Virus record (IMG/VR): IMGVR_UViG_3300002461_000876
Origin: a virus
Strand: one strand, 5' to 3'
DNA: 29,456 nucleotides
Shown: piece by piece, positions 17,150 through 25,974 of the stretch
Numbering within the stretch: the stretch's first letter is position 1
Layout of the letters: each line of letters starts with the position of its first letter
The notes under the pieces: model-generated
Databases searched by the model: none
What the model was told of the DNA's origin: nothing
Seen by the model: the letters and a program-made list of their open reading frames with translations, nothing else
Made by a program: the position numbers and the translations under genes

Positions 17150-17714
17150 CTGGAAACTCCTTGCCTCGGATCGTGTGCTGAGACACGATGGCGGACTGAT
17201 CTCTGATCTTCATCATCGTCTGTCGGTAGAGATCCGCAGCCCTCGTGACCTTGTCCCCGACATGCTCCTTGACGGCGGCGTGAACGGCCAGCGCCATGAG
17301 GCCTCCCCAGAACCTCGCGTTCTCGAGCTTCGGCTTCGCCGAGACGATCCTGGTCCTTCTCCGCGTCGCCCAGATACGGAGGATCTCCGAGTGTCCAGGA
17401 GGAGCTGAAGACTCCGGCGATCGGTACTCCTCCGGATCGTTGTCGTCGTCGTGGTAGTACGGATCTTGAAGGTCTTCCTCGAACGTCGAGAGAGCGCTCA
17501 TGACGGCCTGAACCACTTCTTCGACCGTATGATGCTCCTGCCAATGAGTCACTGCTGCGAAGAGGATCGCAGCGACGTCGTCGCCAGTGATCGGGTGTTC
17601 ACGATCAACGGCGACGTGGATGATGTGGACCGCGTCGACGGTATGCATCGACAACCGAAGGATGCACACGGCACGACTGTCGAGGTCGTCGGGTCTGCGG
17701 ATGACTTCGTTCAT
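17142..17714 (-). CDS. Hypothetical protein
   Basis: Overlapping member of the minus-strand operon. Confidence 0.65.
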   Translation of the reverse strand: MNEVIRRPDDLDSRAVCILRLSMHTVDAVHIIHVAVDREHPITGDDVAAILFAAVTHWQEHHTVEEVVQAVMSALSTFEEDLQDPYYHDDDNDPEEYRSPESSAPPGHSEILRIWATRRRTRIVSAKPKLENARFWGGLMALAVHAAVKEHVGDKVTRAADLYRQTMMKIRDQSAIVSQHTIRGKEFPDA

Positions 17715-18316
17715 GGTATGTGAAACTCCATGTCGCTGTAGAGGAGGAGGCTGACGTCAGCGTCAACCAGAGTGGGAGCTTGCCTGAAAGGATCCACCTT
17801 GGATCGAGGTCGACGTACGTCGCAGTGGAGTTGTTGGAAGAGTGGACAGTCGAACGAGATGAGGTTGTAGAGGTGGATCGGGATCGGGATCCGTGGATGA
17901 ATGATCGATCGACCAGCGTCACCCATGCCTCCGACGAAGAGACGAACCAGCTCGATCTCCGACACAGGAGACAGCAACCGTGCCTGGCACCCGCCGAGCC
18001 ATGTCATGGCATGATCGTCGATCTGAAACGTCAAGACTGACGTGGTGCCTTCGGACAAGGCCTCACTCACGTCTCGAAGCAGAAGACCGTTGACGGGATG
18101 TTCCGTCGACACAGAACGGAGACGTTCTGGGACGGCGGGACACTTCGAAGTGGCGGAGATCCTCATGTCCCGATCGATCGACTCCACCACGTCTCTCCAT
18201 CGCGGTGGACCAATCGGAACCTCTGAACCGATCTGGTCGCTCAGCGTCTCTCCCCGCTTGAAGGATCTGAGGATCCGATCGATGAGGCTCGGCCTCGGAT
18301 CTTTGAACGAGTTCAC
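17711..18316 (-). CDS. Hypothetical protein
   Basis: 4-bp overlaps with both neighbours. Confidence 0.65.
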   Translation of the reverse strand: MNSFKDPRPSLIDRILRSFKRGETLSDQIGSEVPIGPPRWRDVVESIDRDMRISATSKCPAVPERLRSVSTEHPVNGLLLRDVSEALSEGTTSVLTFQIDDHAMTWLGGCQARLLSPVSEIELVRLFVGGMGDAGRSIIHPRIPIPIHLYNLISFDCPLFQQLHCDVRRPRSKVDPFRQAPTLVDADVSLLLYSDMEFHIP

Positions 18317-18879
18317 TTCTTGTACCCCATCGAGTCCAAGACGTCCGCCATCTCGCTCATGATCTCCGCTCGGCGGCGAAGCTCATGAGCGTTGAGTGCC
18401 GTCATGATGATCTGGTCGCCCAGCGTCGTCGTCACCTCGGCGAGGTAGAGCCCATGGCAAGAAGAGGTTCCCGCTTCGACACGGAGGCCTCCGTCGATCT
18501 GGGCCGAACTCCCGGCCTGATCCGATTTTGTGAGCGCGTCTCGCTCGCGGAGGAGTTCCCAAAACTTCTTCGAGCACATCCTCCCGAGATTTTTCCGATC
18601 CGCAACATGGTCTGCGATCGGACACCTCCAGACGTTGTCCATCTTCCCAAGCCGATCCTTCCAGATGAAGAGGGTATGGATGGTGGCGTTCATGTCCTCG
18701 AGCAAGTACGCCTGGTAGGTTCCTCCGTCCGTACACGTCACTGGATCGGAGATGCAGATCCCGCTCTCTGGGTAGTACTGCACTCCTTGGTATCCGTGCA
18801 TGGGGATGCTCTCCATCCTCGAGGAGAACTCCCGAACCAGAAGTCTTGACCACAGCGTGAGGTTGTCTTCTTGCTTCAT
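18313..18879 (-). CDS. Hypothetical protein
   Basis: 4-bp overlaps; purine-rich RBS upstream. Confidence 0.7.
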   Translation of the reverse strand: MKQEDNLTLWSRLLVREFSSRMESIPMHGYQGVQYYPESGICISDPVTCTDGGTYQAYLLEDMNATIHTLFIWKDRLGKMDNVWRCPIADHVADRKNLGRMCSKKFWELLRERDALTKSDQAGSSAQIDGGLRVEAGTSSCHGLYLAEVTTTLGDQIIMTALNAHELRRRAEIMSEMADVLDSMGYKK

Positions 18880-19217
18880 GTCTTCTCTCCCTTGGATCTC
18901 GGAACCAGCCCCACAAGAGGATCACCGAGGCCCAGTGCGATGGACTTCTGCTGGAACTCGATCGCCTCGCGGAGGTACTCCGCGCAGATGCGTGCTGCGC
19001 CCTCGTCGTTCGGCTTGAAGGCCGTGTACATGACCGCGATGCGCTGGACGGCCAGGTATCGCGGCGATGGGCGCTTGTCGACCTCCTGCCCGCTTCGATA
19101 CTCGCGCCATACGGCATCGCGTACGGCCTTCGGCAGCGAGAACCAGTGCGCGCGACAGCCCCACATCGACGGTGGAACGGGTCGATTGCACCCGTGGGCA
19201 TGGCATGTATGGCTCAT
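18876..19217 (-). CDS. Small Cys/His-rich (probable zinc-binding) phage protein
   Basis: HTCHAHGC...VPPSMWGCRAHWFSLP. Confidence 0.75.
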   Translation of the reverse strand: MSHTCHAHGCNRPVPPSMWGCRAHWFSLPKAVRDAVWREYRSGQEVDKRPSPRYLAVQRIAVMYTAFKPNDEGAARICAEYLREAIEFQQKSIALGLGDPLVGLVPRSKGEKT

Positions 19218-19510
19218 CGTGTCCCTTCGTCCGCAGCCTCGGCCGCCGGCTGCGCTGGCAACGACCAGATCAACGTGGGGTAGTTCCTATTTTTCACATC
19301 GCGACGTTGGAATGAAACCTTACCGATCGCGGCGAGCGTGTGAAGAACGATCGACACCTGCTGTGCTCCGAACACGTCAGCAAGGTCGGAGACATCCCGC
19401 GTGCTTCCCTCGCCAAGCACAGCGACGGCGGCGAGAATCCTCGCGACAGTCTCGCGATTGATCTGGCTCTCACTGGCTAAGGCGTTGAAACCAGGCCTGC
19501 GTCTACTCAT
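19214..19510 (-). CDS. Putative winged-helix DNA-binding protein
   Basis: STRDVSD...QVSIVLHTLAAIGKV...LIWSL pattern. Confidence 0.5.
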   Translation of the reverse strand: MSRRRPGFNALASESQINRETVARILAAVAVLGEGSTRDVSDLADVFGAQQVSIVLHTLAAIGKVSFQRRDVKNRNYPTLIWSLPAQPAAEAADEGTR

Positions 19511-19800
19511 GGCTCATCCTCAGTGATCGCGATGTACATGAGCGTTGCGGCGATCGAAACCATGAACGATGCCGCAGCACCGAAGTTTTCCAACGCGAGA
19601 GAGAAGGCTGCAGCTGCGCCCAGGAGTGCGATCTGTCCAAGGCGTACGAACCAGCGGTCGACTTGCAGCTCTTCGAAGCATCGAACCTCCTTCGCCTTGG
19701 CCCATCGAATGATGTAGATGGCCACGTGCGAACTGAACCCAAGGATCGCCAAGATCGCGGAGATCTGAAATATCGTGGGGTGGAGAATGCTGGTGTTCAT
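19507..19800 (-). CDS. Small multi-TM membrane protein
   Basis: Three hydrophobic segments. Confidence 0.7.
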   Translation of the reverse strand: MNTSILHPTIFQISAILAILGFSSHVAIYIIRWAKAKEVRCFEELQVDRWFVRLGQIALLGAAAAFSLALENFGAAASFMVSIAATLMYIAITEDEP

Positions 19801-19830
19801 GGGAGGTGTTTCTCGTCCCCTTGAGGTTTT

Positions 19831-20352
19831 CTACCGAACCTGAGCGAGAAGCTGACGCACGCGCTCGAGTTCTTCGGATGTGTGCGGTGTACCCCCAGCG
19901 TTGATGCTGAGATAGAGGCGCAGGATCTCCTCTCGGGTCTGTAGCACGCACACGCGGAAGCTGAACGTGAGTCTCTGGGGAAGCTTGTCGGTAAAATCCT
20001 TGAACAAGATCCCGAACGCGGGGAACTCGCTCCTTTGGAACGCACGCACGGCCTCGACCCGCTGCTTGCCGTCGACGAGCTCGGTCGGTCGCTTGTACCC
20101 CTTCATCCAGTCTGGGCTGTTGAAGATGATGTTCTTGCCAACCTCACCACCTTGCAGCTGGTACTCGACGTAGGCGATCTGCTGCTCGCGAGTCCAGACA
20201 TGAGCACGCTGGTAGTCGGGGGACATGTCGAGTCCACCCATGCCATCCGTGGTGTCGGACCACGACGAGAGAGTCTCCTCGACGTAGCGCCATGCAACAT
20301 CGATCTGGTACTGAGCTCGCTCGAACTGGGTGATGTCGGCGAAGCGTGGCAT
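19831..20352 (-). CDS. Stand-alone DUF262 (GmrS/SspE-like, ParB/Srx fold) protein
   Basis: PDYQRAHVWT, LVDGKQR, YLSINAGGTP; start is ATG 20352 or TTG 20373. Confidence 0.85.
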   Translation of the reverse strand: MPRFADITQFERAQYQIDVAWRYVEETLSSWSDTTDGMGGLDMSPDYQRAHVWTREQQIAYVEYQLQGGEVGKNIIFNSPDWMKGYKRPTELVDGKQRVEAVRAFQRSEFPAFGILFKDFTDKLPQRLTFSFRVCVLQTREEILRLYLSINAGGTPHTSEELERVRQLLAQVR

Positions 20353-20707
20353 GCCTGGTCTTGTCCGATCCAACGTCTCGCTGTTCTCGTCGATGGTCTG
20401 TGCGCGGCATCACCAACGCAGAGAAAAAATGCTCGCGCCGCACACCCTAGAGAGTGTACGGCGCGAGTGCGAAGGATTACCAGGCCACTTCGCAGGCCAC
20501 TTCGCTCTGGATCATGTGCACACGCCGACCCGACGGCGCGCTGCATGATGGGTGGCGATGATCATCTTCCCTCCACGAACCGTGCAGCGTTGGGGCGCGA
20601 CGCACCACGGCGATTCAAATCCCGGGCCCCGCCTCGTCTCTCACGCGAACCTCGCCGTCGCGAGGAGGATCAGGACCTCGTCAGATGCCTGTCCGGTTTC
20701 CGTGAGA

Positions 20708-20748
20708 TCCGAGGCGGGGCCGAGGATGATCCTCGGCCTCGTCTCGGA
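20708..20748. terminator. 19-bp stem-loop downstream of the ParB-like gene
   Basis: TCCGAGGCGGGGCCGAGGA-TGA-TCCTCGGCCTCGTCTCGGA, with two G-T pairs. Confidence 0.6.
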
Positions 20749-20759
20749 CCGCCATGGTC

Positions 20760-21782
20760 CTACTCTTCCTCGTCCTCCTTCTTGTCGTGGGTCTTCTCGC
20801 CCTTCAGGACCGCGGTCAGTCCCTTGATCCGGTTCTGCTTGTACTCCCCGACCAGGACGCCGGCGATGCGATGGGCGAACTCCGCCGGATCCATGCCCTC
20901 GGGGCCGCCGATGTCGAAGTAGCGATCCTTCTTCGGGAGCTTCGCTTCCTTCTTGAGGAAGGTGATCAGCCGGTTCGCTTCCTTCTTCGTCGGGCGGACC
21001 GTCGCGTTCGGGTCGGCCTTGCCGCGGGCGGTGCGGGCGGTGGGCTTCTCTCCGGTCTCGGCGTAGTTCTTCAGCAGCTCCTTGGCCTGCTTGACCTGTT
21101 CGGTGTGCTCGAGATTGTTCAAGGCGAGGGCGGCGCTGCGCGAGAGACCGCCGTTCTTCGGGCCGTCGTCCACCATCTTCTGAACCTCGGGCGCCAGATC
21201 GTTCAGATCCAGGAGCTGCTTGAGCGCGTTGACCGAGGAGTAACCGCAAGTCGTGGCGACATCCTGCTCACTCTCGCCGAGCTTGATCAGCTTCAGCGCG
21301 AGGCGGGCCATCTCCATCGGCGTCTCTTCGACGCGCTGGGCGTTCTCGCGGATGATCAAGGCGATCATCTCCGCCTCGCTGCCCTGGAACTTGAAGGCGG
21401 GCAGCGGCCAAGGCTTCAGGCCGTCCGCGACGCGCATCTTGTTCGCCTCGCGCAGGGCCATCAGTCGACGGTGGCCTACCACGAGATCGTAGTACGGACC
21501 GTTGCGGGTCACCGTCACCGGGTTATTGACACCCTCCTTGTAGATGCTCGCCACCAGCACCGGATCTGCGTGCCGGTTGCGGTTGGTGATCGAGTACAGC
21601 TTGTGCTCTGGACCATCGTCGGTATCGACGCCGATGTTCCGGACCTCACCACCTTCGCTCGGAGGGCGGGGGTCGAAGTTCTCGGCCCGCGGGCCGCCTC
21701 GATTGACGCGCTTCCGCTTGTTCTCTTCGGTGGTGGTATCGTTGTCGTCGGTGCTCTCGATGCTGGTCTCGTCGGTGTTCAT
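20760..21782 (-). CDS. ParB/RepB/Spo0J-family protein
   Basis: LVASIYKEGVNNPVTV, VVGHRRLMA (GxRR), ENAQR, then an HTH (SEQDVATTCGYS). Confidence 0.88.
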   Translation of the reverse strand: MNTDETSIESTDDNDTTTEENKRKRVNRGGPRAENFDPRPPSEGGEVRNIGVDTDDGPEHKLYSITNRNRHADPVLVASIYKEGVNNPVTVTRNGPYYDLVVGHRRLMALREANKMRVADGLKPWPLPAFKFQGSEAEMIALIIRENAQRVEETPMEMARLALKLIKLGESEQDVATTCGYSSVNALKQLLDLNDLAPEVQKMVDDGPKNGGLSRSAALALNNLEHTEQVKQAKELLKNYAETGEKPTARTARGKADPNATVRPTKKEANRLITFLKKEAKLPKKDRYFDIGGPEGMDPAEFAHRIAGVLVGEYKQNRIKGLTAVLKGEKTHDKKEDEEE

Positions 21783-22021
21783 GGTTGTTTCTCCTCTTGG
21801 TGGATTCTGCCTCGCTCGAGCAGCCAGGTCGCGACGGAAGGCCTGTCGCGGAGCTCAGCTGCTGAAGATTCGATCATATTCCTCTCATCACTGCGTCGCG
21901 ATCGGTCTTCGACGACGACGTTGTCGTTGATGAGAAGTTGATCAGCTCCGTAGATCTGATCGGGGTCTCGTTCTGCGCCTGCCCAAGGGCCGCGCGTCGC
22001 ACAGGCGGTGGTGATCCTCAT
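21779..22021 (-). CDS. Hypothetical protein (80 aa)
   Basis: MRITTACA...; ATGA overlaps at both ends; carries the RBS for the ParB-like gene. Confidence 0.55.
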   Translation of the reverse strand: MRITTACATRGPWAGAERDPDQIYGADQLLINDNVVVEDRSRRSDERNMIESSAAELRDRPSVATWLLERGRIHQEEKQP

Positions 22022-22719
22022 GGTTTGACCGGGACGTAGGAGAGCTCGCCGTTGTCCTCGATCCGACGCTCGGCCCGCAGCTTGCCTGCTGCGCTGAGGC
22101 GAACGCAAGCGTCGAAGTCCTCGGTACTGAAGATGAAGATCCTCCCGTTGGTCTCGGCGCGAGCGAGCCAGTGGTCGTCGGCCTTCTCCCAGGAAAGATC
22201 CTCCAGCTCCAGCTCGGGCAGCGTCCGAGGATCCGTGGGTCGGGACGAACGCTCCCAGATCGCCAACGAACTGGGTCGAAACAGCCAGGTCGGAATCCGG
22301 ATCTTCCGTGTCCAATCGCGAGAGGCGAGCACTTTCCAGTCGCCGACCAGCGCGAAGGGGCGGAGCGCGATGCTGCTGGGAGCCAGCGGGGTTCCTCGAT
22401 CGCTGACCGAGTCGGGCCCGACCCGAGCGGCTCGGGCTCTCACGTACCCAGGATCGGCGTGGTAGTGGACGATGTCCCCGACGTTGAGCGAAGCGAAGAA
22501 CGCGCGATCCTCTTCTGCTCGACGCTCGCATGCCTCGGCGTAGTCGAGGATCGTCAAGATCTCTCGCTCCGAGAAGATCTTCTTGGTCCCCTTCCACTGC
22601 TCGGGAGAGGTGGACTCGCACAGGTAGCCTCGTGCGCTGATCGGCTTGAGCACGATCCACGTCAGATCGTCGCCGCAGAGCCGGTCGACGAAGGTGGTCT
22701 CGGTGTTGATCTTGTTCAT
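22018..22719 (-). CDS. Hypothetical protein
   Basis: Protein-like composition; GGAG RBS; operon overlaps. Confidence 0.7.
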   Translation of the reverse strand: MNKINTETTFVDRLCGDDLTWIVLKPISARGYLCESTSPEQWKGTKKIFSEREILTILDYAEACERRAEEDRAFFASLNVGDIVHYHADPGYVRARAARVGPDSVSDRGTPLAPSSIALRPFALVGDWKVLASRDWTRKIRIPTWLFRPSSLAIWERSSRPTDPRTLPELELEDLSWEKADDHWLARAETNGRIFIFSTEDFDACVRLSAAGKLRAERRIEDNGELSYVPVKP

Positions 22720-22958
22720 CGAAGAACTCCATCCTCAGTGAGCCGGATCGCGCCGGCAAGACTAAGCGCCCCTGTGGCGACCTTCACGACGAGCCTTGCC
22801 ACGGGCGGACAGGGTGCAGAGCGAAGTCCGAGACCGGTCTCGATCTCGATCTGCTCCTCGGAGAGACCCGCTTCGAGCAGTCGCTTGCGGGCGTTCGCGA
22901 GCTGCTGCTCGCTGGGTCCCATGTCTCTCGTCTCCATCGCTGGGTCTGACGCGTGCAC
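22716..22958 (-). CDS. Small hypothetical protein (start may be 22922 or 22937)
   Basis: First gene of the leftward operon; ATGA overlap with the next gene. Confidence 0.6.
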   Translation of the reverse strand: MHASDPAMETRDMGPSEQQLANARKRLLEAGLSEEQIEIETGLGLRSAPCPPVARLVVKVATGALSLAGAIRLTEDGVLR

Positions 22959-23141
22959 CTTGAGCCTTCTTCCAACTCCCCATGCGCTGGACCGCTCGAA
23001 GAGTTCCTGTTGCGTGTACCGGTCCGGTAGGGTAACTTCCTCCGCGTGTCAGCGCAACGCGAAAGTTCCTCGTGCGTCTCGGCGCATGGGGAGTGGAAGA
23101 GACAAGCGCACCGGGTCGTCAGACGGGTGTGGACGCGATGG
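22934..23141. repeat. Diverged inverted duplication flanking the strand switch
   Basis: Core GCGCATGGGGAGT(T)GGAAGA on the minus strand at 22968-22987 and the plus strand at 23082-23100, with further collinear blocks on both sides. Confidence 0.75.
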
Positions 23142-23546
23142 TCGCGGCCCTTGTCCCGGAGAAGTTCCTTGGCTCGACGCTACAACAACGTGGTCTGTGA
23201 CGCAGGCGTGATCGCTTCCGAGGTCGTGACGCGTGGCGAGTCCAGGGGATGGGCTGGAGCCATCGAGGAGAGAGACGAGGTCGCCCGGATCCTGGCCCCG
23301 TTCAAGATCGTCTACAAGGATGACTTCCACGGCCTGTGGGCTCGCGGCGAACCGGAGCCCCAGGGCTTCGATCCTGCGAAGCGTCTCGCCGAGCTCGAGT
23401 CCGACGAGGTTCTCGTGAAGTACGAGTGTGCTGATGTCCAGATCAACTCGGTTCTGGCTCTGACCCAGACTGCGATGCATGTCGAGGCTCTGACGTTGCG
23501 TCGTGTGCTCGGGATGCCGCTCCTTCAGTACTTCGGGAGGGACTGA
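23046..23546 (+). CDS. Hypothetical protein (true start possibly about 23190-23208)
   Basis: C-terminal ~110 aa are protein-like; the N-terminal part overlaps the duplicated leader. Confidence 0.55.
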   Translation: MSAQRESSSCVSAHGEWKRQAHRVVRRVWTRWSRPLSRRSSLARRYNNVVCDAGVIASEVVTRGESRGWAGAIEERDEVARILAPFKIVYKDDFHGLWARGEPEPQGFDPAKRLAELESDEVLVKYECADVQINSVLALTQTAMHVEALTLRRVLGMPLLQYFGRD

Positions 23547-23548
23547 TC

Positions 23549-23809
23549 GTGGACACTCAGAACGGACGAGATCTTAGTCACCTCGACGCGCTCATGGGTC
23601 GACTCTCGCGTGAAAAGAGTCGCCTCGCATCGGCCAGGACAGATCATGAACGCTCCTTCCGCATGCGCGAGATCGCATCTTGTGAGAAGGAGATCGCGGG
23701 TGAGTACCGATTCCTCGGCATCGATCCCGCTCCGGCATCGCATGACATCTCAAACGACGAGCTCGCATCGCTCCTGGACGAACTCGACTCACTTCTGACT
23801 GAGGGCTGA
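23549..23809 (+). CDS. Hypothetical coiled-coil protein
   Basis: GGAGG RBS; operon spacing. Confidence 0.7.
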   Translation: MDTQNGRDLSHLDALMGRLSREKSRLASARTDHERSFRMREIASCEKEIAGEYRFLGIDPAPASHDISNDELASLLDELDSLLTEG

Positions 23810-23812
23810 ACC

Positions 23813-24115
23813 ATGGACACGCAGATCGGACTTTCCAAGATCGGGATCCCCCGAACCGTACGCGGCAAGCTGCTCTGCGCCGGTGACATCGTCGAGATCC
23901 ACGTGCCCGGCGTCGACTACCATTGTCTCGGGACCGCCAAGATCCTTGCGATCTTCCAGTCGTTGGTCTCCGACGATCGCGTCGAGTCCGCGATGATATT
24001 GCGGCCGGTCGATCCGATCCAGGCGCAGCCCGTTCACCTTCGGACTGGCAGCTACGATGGCCTGTACTTCGGCCGCCTCGGCTCCGATGAGGTGGAGTTC
24101 TCTCTATGGAAGTGA
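23813..24115 (+). CDS. Hypothetical protein
   Basis: Operon spacing; GAGG RBS. Confidence 0.65.
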   Translation: MDTQIGLSKIGIPRTVRGKLLCAGDIVEIHVPGVDYHCLGTAKILAIFQSLVSDDRVESAMILRPVDPIQAQPVHLRTGSYDGLYFGRLGSDEVEFSLWK

Positions 24116-24705
24116 TGCAGACTGTGAAGTTCCGGGGCTATCACGAGGTCGATGGTCTTCCGTTTCGCCGGGGCCAGAGCGTTGTCGTGCCTTCCTCTAC
24201 GGAGGTCGACAGCACGGACCCCAAGCGCCGGAAGTTCAAGACCCGACGCCGTCAAACCGTTCGCGTCGACCATGTTGGCTGCGGCCGATCCTTCTGCATC
24301 GGCCACGTCTACGGCGACAGTCAGCGCGTCGGATCACTGATGGATCGTGGCGACATCGACATCCTTCAGGATCGCTACGGAACCTCTGATCTCGATGCTC
24401 TGGTTCACCACCGCGATGTAGTCGTGAAGGGTCGAGACATCTTCATCCCGATCGACAACCCCACGATCGTGTGGGCGGGAAGCGGTGGGTACTGGTGCGA
24501 GGTCGATCTGAACGACCTGCTCGAAGCGAACGGAATCCGCCCGACTCCCGTCCTGGAGAAGTGTCCGTACTGCGGAGAGGATCGAACGCCCCTTCCTGAT
24601 GGGACGACCCTAGAGTGCGTCAAGTGCGGCCGGGACGGATGCGACTCGTGCATGCCTGGAGGTCGCGGAGTGGCCTGTCCTGACTGCGAGGAGAAAGAAC
24701 CATGA
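24106..24705 (+). CDS. Hypothetical protein with C-terminal Cys-rich zinc-finger region
   Basis: CPYC, CVKC, CDSC, CPDC. Confidence 0.75.
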   Translation: MEVMQTVKFRGYHEVDGLPFRRGQSVVVPSSTEVDSTDPKRRKFKTRRRQTVRVDHVGCGRSFCIGHVYGDSQRVGSLMDRGDIDILQDRYGTSDLDALVHHRDVVVKGRDIFIPIDNPTIVWAGSGGYWCEVDLNDLLEANGIRPTPVLEKCPYCGEDRTPLPDGTTLECVKCGRDGCDSCMPGGRGVACPDCEEKEP

Positions 24706-24912
24706 GGCCGTACGGAGCGGATCGTTGCGTTGATCGAAAGTGGATGCACCACCATCATCGGTGGCCTCGCGATCGCGTCGACCATGTGCGGATCGTTCGC
24801 TCGGAACGAAAACGAGCTCGTAGGATCGCGCGCGAGGAGTGCATGACGCAGAACATTCATGCTGAAGGTCGCGTAGCGATCTGCCCTGACTGCGAGGAGA
24901 AAGAACCATGAG
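24679..24912 (+). repeat. 28-bp identical direct repeats CCTGACTGCGAGGAGAAAGAACCATGAG
   Basis: Copies at 24679-24706 and 24885-24912. Confidence 0.95.
24702..24911 (+). CDS. Small Arg/His-rich protein between the direct repeats
   Basis: GAGGAG RBS; ATGA overlaps. Confidence 0.55.
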   Translation: MRPYGADRCVDRKWMHHHHRWPRDRVDHVRIVRSERKRARRIAREECMTQNIHAEGRVAICPDCEEKEP

Positions 24913-25426
24913 CAAGAAAAAGACCGATCCTTCCGATCTTCCACAAGGCCTGATGATCGTCGTGGGCTGGGAGTACTCGCGCTACCCGAACGTCGGCGAC
25001 CGAGCTCTGCTCAACGGAAGGACCAGCGTGGACATGTCGGACACGTCTCCGGATCCGCCACTGACGAACGAGGAGATGCAGAGGATCGCAGGGGCGGCCA
25101 AGATGGAGTGCGCCAGGATCCTCAAGATCCGTCACATTCTACACCGAGCATCGCTCGAGAACGCCAAGGGTGACGACTACAAGCAGGACGTTGTCGACGC
25201 CTTGACGCCTGGTCAGATCAGGTTCGTCCGCCGTCACCGGCGACTCGATGACTACCATCGGACTCCTCACAAGTTCGAGGCCGGTTACGGCGGAATGGGG
25301 CCCGTGTTCAGGGCGTGTGAGGAGAAGCTCCTCTGCTTCGATCGCTTGGAGGGTTGTGGTTGCGGATACGTATCCGAGCTCACGCCGTTCGGAGAGTCGA
25401 TCCGGGAGATCCTCGGAGAGGAGTAA
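24908..25426 (+). CDS. Hypothetical protein
   Basis: RBS; operon overlap. Confidence 0.7.
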   Translation: MSKKKTDPSDLPQGLMIVVGWEYSRYPNVGDRALLNGRTSVDMSDTSPDPPLTNEEMQRIAGAAKMECARILKIRHILHRASLENAKGDDYKQDVVDALTPGQIRFVRRHRRLDDYHRTPHKFEAGYGGMGPVFRACEEKLLCFDRLEGCGCGYVSELTPFGESIREILGEE

Positions 25427-25429
25427 CCA

Positions 25430-25705
25430 ATGGAGATGGGCGACAACGACAACGGCGACGGCGACGGCTTCAGCGTCGGGGTTCTGTTCAGCGGCTTCGG
25501 GCTATCCGTAACCCTTGTGATCCTCGCCATCTTTCTCGTCGTGACCTGGTACTCCTCGAACCAACGCCAGGAACAGCGTCGCGAGTTCTGCACGTCGGTA
25601 TGCGCTGATCATGGCGACGCTCCAGTCATCCAGGGCACGCAGTGCTACTGCCGTGGCGACGACGGGACGTATGACCCCGGGGCGAAGACAGGCGGTGTCC
25701 GATGA
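25430..25705 (+). CDS. Small single-TM protein with Cys-rich C-terminus
   Basis: TM segment then CTSVC...CYC. Confidence 0.7.
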   Translation: MEMGDNDNGDGDGFSVGVLFSGFGLSVTLVILAIFLVVTWYSSNQRQEQRREFCTSVCADHGDAPVIQGTQCYCRGDDGTYDPGAKTGGVR

Positions 25706-25974
25706 AGGATCAGGTCGGCGATCTCGAGGCGTTGCGGTCGAGGCTGGAGTACTGCGAGAAGCGACTCGCTGCGTACCGAGCCAAGAAGAAGGAGCACTTG
25801 CAGCTGGACTACGACGTCTCGAAGTGCTCGAAGTGTGCCCGATTCCTCTCAGGCGACTGCGAGAACTACTACGTCGACGAAGACACGGGCGAGAGCTTCT
25901 GCACATCGTGTCACCTCGACTCCGGCGGAGTCGCTGCAACTCCCGCGGTATCGTCTAGATCCGAAGGAAGATGA
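25702..25974 (+). CDS. Small zinc-finger protein
   Basis: CSKC...CTSC. Confidence 0.7.
   Translation: MKDQVGDLEALRSRLEYCEKRLAAYRAKKKEHLQLDYDVSKCSKCARFLSGDCENYYVDEDTGESFCTSCHLDSGGVAATPAVSSRSEGR

Noticed and set aside
20482-20505. Tandem CAGGCCACTTCG x2 and tiny ORFs (MIIATHHAARRR...)
   Set aside because: Only two copies and ORFs under 20 aa; could be a gene remnant but cannot be supported.
20592-20633. tRNA-like fragment (GGGGC...TTCAAATCCCGG...GCCCC)
   Set aside because: Too short, the T-stem does not pair, and there are no D or anticodon arms.
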